Part shown: positions 61,403 to 64,000 of the stretch, piece by piece
Layout of the letters: each line of letters opens with the position of its first letter
Position numbering within the stretch: position 1 is the stretch's first letter
NCBI GenBank assembly: GCA_965649295.1
Contig: CBFGKH010000001.1
Location: forward strand, 128,001-192,000
Reading direction: 5' to 3'
DNA length: 64,000 bases
From: a candidate division WOR-3 bacterium
GTDB taxonomy: Bacteria > Hydrothermota > Tepidihabitantia > Tepidihabitantales > Tepidihabitantaceae
Program-made: the position numbers and the translations under genes
Notes under the pieces: generated by a model
What the model was told of the DNA's origin: nothing
The model's database searches: none
The model's input: only the letters and a program-made list of their open reading frames with translations

Positions 61403-61479
61403 AAGCTAGCCGAACACCGTCCAAAGTCAAACCAGGCATTGACCGAGGGCGTTGACCGACCGATAGGTGGTTCTATACT
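61403..61479. promoter_or_regulatory. Divergent pair of sigma70-like promoters (methyltransferase / uvrA)
   Basis: Minus strand: TTGACT-16-TAGCTT (61430-61403). Plus strand: TTGACC-16-TATACT (61452-61479). Confidence 0.7.
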
Positions 61480-61489
61480 CTAATCCCCA

Positions 61490-64000
61490 ATGCCAGAAGA
61501 CGTAATCTCCATCCGCGGTGCGCGCGAGCACAACCTCAAGAACATCAATGTTGACATCCCGCGCAACAAGCTTGTAGTCATCACCGGGCTCTCCGGCTCG
61601 GGCAAGTCTTCGCTGGCCTTTGACACCATCTACGCCGAAGGCCAGCGCCGTTATATCGAGTCGCTCTCTGCCTACGCCCGGCAATTCTTGGGCATGCTTG
61701 AAAAGCCGGACTGCGACGGAATCACCGGTCTCTCCCCCGCCATTGCCATTGAACAGCGGACGAGTGCCCGCAATCCCCGTTCGACTGTCGGCACCGTCAC
61801 CGAAATCCATGACTACCTGCGACTGCTCTTTGCCCGTATCGGCCAGCCGTTTTGTCCGCATTGCGACAAGCCAATCGCCTCGCAGACCTCGGACCAGATT
61901 GTTGACGCCCTCCTCGAACTGACGCCTGGTACCAATCTTGCCATCCTCGCCCCTCTTGTCCGTGGTCGCAAAGGCGAATACCGTGACCTGCTCGCCCGCG
62001 CTAAGAAACGTGGTTATCTTCGTGTCCGTGTTGACGGCGAGCTACTTGAGATTGATGAGGTCCCGGAACTGGAGCGTTACAAGAAACATGACATTGAGCT
62101 GGTCATTGATCGCCTGACCATTCGGCCTGAGAATCGCAAGCGTCTCGCCGACTCGGTCGAACTGGCCCTGAAAGAGGGCAACGGCATCTGTACCGTCGCC
62201 GTCGCTGGCCAGCCGGACCGGCTCTTCTCCTCTGCCCTCGCCTGTCCGGACTGTGGCTACTCGCTCGCCGAAATCTCACCGCGGCTCTTCTCCTTCAACG
62301 CACCCCAAGGTGCCTGTCCGACCTGCCACGGCCTTGGCCGTCGCCTGGAGATTGACCCCGACCGCATCATCGCCGACCCTGACCGCTCAATCCTTGATGG
62401 CGCCCTCGCTCCCTGGGGAGAGGCCCGCGAACGTGGCGAGTGGTTTCTCGGCCCCCTCCGGGCTCTGGCCCGGCGGCATAAGTTTCGGCTCGACACCCCT
62501 TGGCGCAAGCAACCCGCCGCGGTCAAACGACTCATTCTCTACGGCTCCGACGAAGAACTCCGCGTTCGCTACGAGTGGGACGACAACACGATTCACTTTG
62601 ACCGCCGGTTCGAGGGTCTTGTTCCCAACCTGCTCCGGCTCCACCGCGAGACCGATTCTGAATCCCGGCGCGAGTGGATTGAGCAGTTCATGTCCTGGCT
62701 GCCCTGCCCGGACTGCCGTGGCACTCGACTCAAACCCGAGGCCCTTGCCGTTCGTATCAACGGTCGCAACATCGCCGACATCAGCGCGCTCTCCATCAAG
62801 GCAGCCAGCGAGTTCTTCACCACCGGCATCAAGCTGACCGAACGTGAAACCGCTATTGCCCGCGAGATTATCAAAGAACTGCGCCAGCGGCTCGGCTTTC
62901 TGGCCGCGGTCGGCATTGACTATCTGACCCTCGACCGGACTGCCGACACCCTTGGCGGCGGCGAAGCCCAACGGGTTCGGCTTGCTACCCAAATTGGATC
63001 TGGCCTGGTCGGGGTTGTCTATATCCTTGACGAACCGTCAATCGGCCTGCACCAACGCGATAACCGCAAACTCCTCGCCACGCTCACTCGGTTGCGCGAC
63101 CTCGGCAACACCGTGATTGTGGTTGAACACGACGAAGAGACAATCCTCGCTGCTGACCACGTCATTGACCTGGGACCAGGAGCTGGTGCCAGTGGCGGCC
63201 AGATTGTTGCTCAGGGCACTCCCGATGAGATCAAGCGGAACGAGAACTCGCTGACCGGCGACTACCTGGCTGGCCGGCGACAGATTACGGTACCGGCGAC
63301 CCGCCGTGCACCAACAGCCGGCGAGCTACGGCTCTACAACTGCCGCGAGAACAACCTCAAGGGAATTGATGTCACCATTCCGCTCGGCCGTCTCGTCGCC
63401 GTCACTGGTGTCTCTGGTTCTGGCAAGAGCACACTCGTCACTGACATCCTCTACAACGCCCTTGCCCGCCACTTTTTCGCGGCCCGAACCAAGCCTGGTG
63501 CCCACGATCGCATTGAGGGAATTCAGAACATTGACAAGGTCATCAACATTGACCAGTCGCCAATCGGCCGCACTCCCCGCAGCAATCCGGCCACCTACAC
63601 CGGAGCTTTCGGCCCCATCCGCGAACTTTTTGCGATGACCAAGGATGCCCGGTTACGTGGTTACAAACCGGGCCGGTTTTCGTTCAATGTGCGAGGCGGC
63701 CGCTGCGAGGCCTGTGCCGGCGATGGCATCATCAAGGTGGAAATGCACTTCTTGCCTGATGTCTATGTCACCTGCGAAGTCTGCAAGGGTCACCGCTACA
63801 ACCGCGAGACCCTCGACGTCCGCTACAAGCAGAAGAACATCAGCGAGGTGCTCCAGTCAAGCGTCGAGGAGGCAGCCGACTTCTTTGCCAACATCCGGCC
63901 GATTGCCCGCAAGCTCCAGCTCCTCAAGGATGTCGGTCTCGGCTACATCAAGCTCGGCCAGCCCGCACCCACCCTGTCCGGCGGCGAGGCCCAACGCATC
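61490..64000 (+). CDS. uvrA: Excinuclease ABC subunit A (3'-truncated by window; absent from ORF track)
   Basis: Manual translation from ATG 61490 gives [54 protein letters not shown], a second TGVSGSGKS, and LSGGEAQRI at the window end. Confidence 0.97.
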   Translation, partial: MPEDVISIRGAREHNLKNINVDIPRNKLVVITGLSGSGKSSLAFDTIYAEGQRRYIESLSAYARQFLGMLEKPDCDGITGLSPAIAIEQRTSARNPRSTVGTVTEIHDYLRLLFARIGQPFCPHCDKPIASQTSDQIVDALLELTPGTNLAILAPLVRGRKGEYRDLLARAKKRGYLRVRVDGELLEIDEVPELERYKKHDIELVIDRLTIRPENRKRLADSVELALKEGNGICTVAVAGQPDRLFSSALACPDCGYSLAEISPRLFSFNAPQGACPTCHGLGRRLEIDPDRIIADPDRSILDGALAPWGEARERGEWFLGPLRALARRHKFRLDTPWRKQPAAVKRLILYGSDEELRVRYEWDDNTIHFDRRFEGLVPNLLRLHRETDSESRREWIEQFMSWLPCPDCRGTRLKPEALAVRINGRNIADISALSIKAASEFFTTGIKLTERETAIAREIIKELRQRLGFLAAVGIDYLTLDRTADTLGGGEAQRVRLATQIGSGLVGVVYILDEPSIGLHQRDNRKLLATLTRLRDLGNTVIVVEHDEETILAADHVIDLGPGAGASGGQIVAQGTPDEIKRNENSLTGDYLAGRRQITVPATRRAPTAGELRLYNCRENNLKGIDVTIPLGRLVAVTGVSGSGKSTLVTDILYNALARHFFAARTKPGAHDRIEGIQNIDKVINIDQSPIGRTPRSNPATYTGAFGPIRELFAMTKDARLRGYKPGRFSFNVRGGRCEACAGDGIIKVEMHFLPDVYVTCEVCKGHRYNRETLDVRYKQKNISEVLQSSVEEAADFFANIRPIARKLQLLKDVGLGYIKLGQPAPTLSGGEAQRI

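Noticed and set aside
61396..61489. LexA/SOS box upstream of uvrA
   Set aside because: GTTC and GAAC half-sites are present but do not fit CGAAC-N4-GTTCG, CTGT-N8-ACAG or GTTC-N7-GTTC spacing.

Overview
GC-rich bacterial chromosome segment made up mostly of core genes. lpxH, lnt, an outer-membrane beta-barrel, a four-subunit 2-oxoacid:ferredoxin oxidoreductase and several secreted proteins with FlgD-Ig/CTD-like tails suggest an anaerobic diderm. An FCB-associated lineage such as WOR-3 is my inference, not a database result. The window holds about 53 CDS and tRNA-Gln(TTG). Main blocks: ODC-DHS polyamine pair, kor operon, cdaR-tsaD, purN-lnt, pepP-efp-accC-like-comB, S55/beta-propeller, ispE-tRNA-prs-rplY-pth-ychF-rpsF-ssb, and a partial uvrA. 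I saw no CRISPR array, rRNA or transposase. Five signals stand out. (1) Three dispersed ~300-400 bp intergenic elements share a degenerate 12-nt periodic array and a fixed terminal motif; one sits directly upstream of an unusual XRE-HTH gene. (2) EF-P has Gln instead of Lys/Arg at its loop tip and abuts a biotin-carboxylase homologue with altered catalytic residues and no accB. (3) Sigma70-like promoters almost all have a 16-bp spacer and many appear leaderless. (4) TAG is the dominant stop codon. (5) Short heptamer and 19-bp repeats mark gene junctions and a truncated toxin-antitoxin-like cassette.
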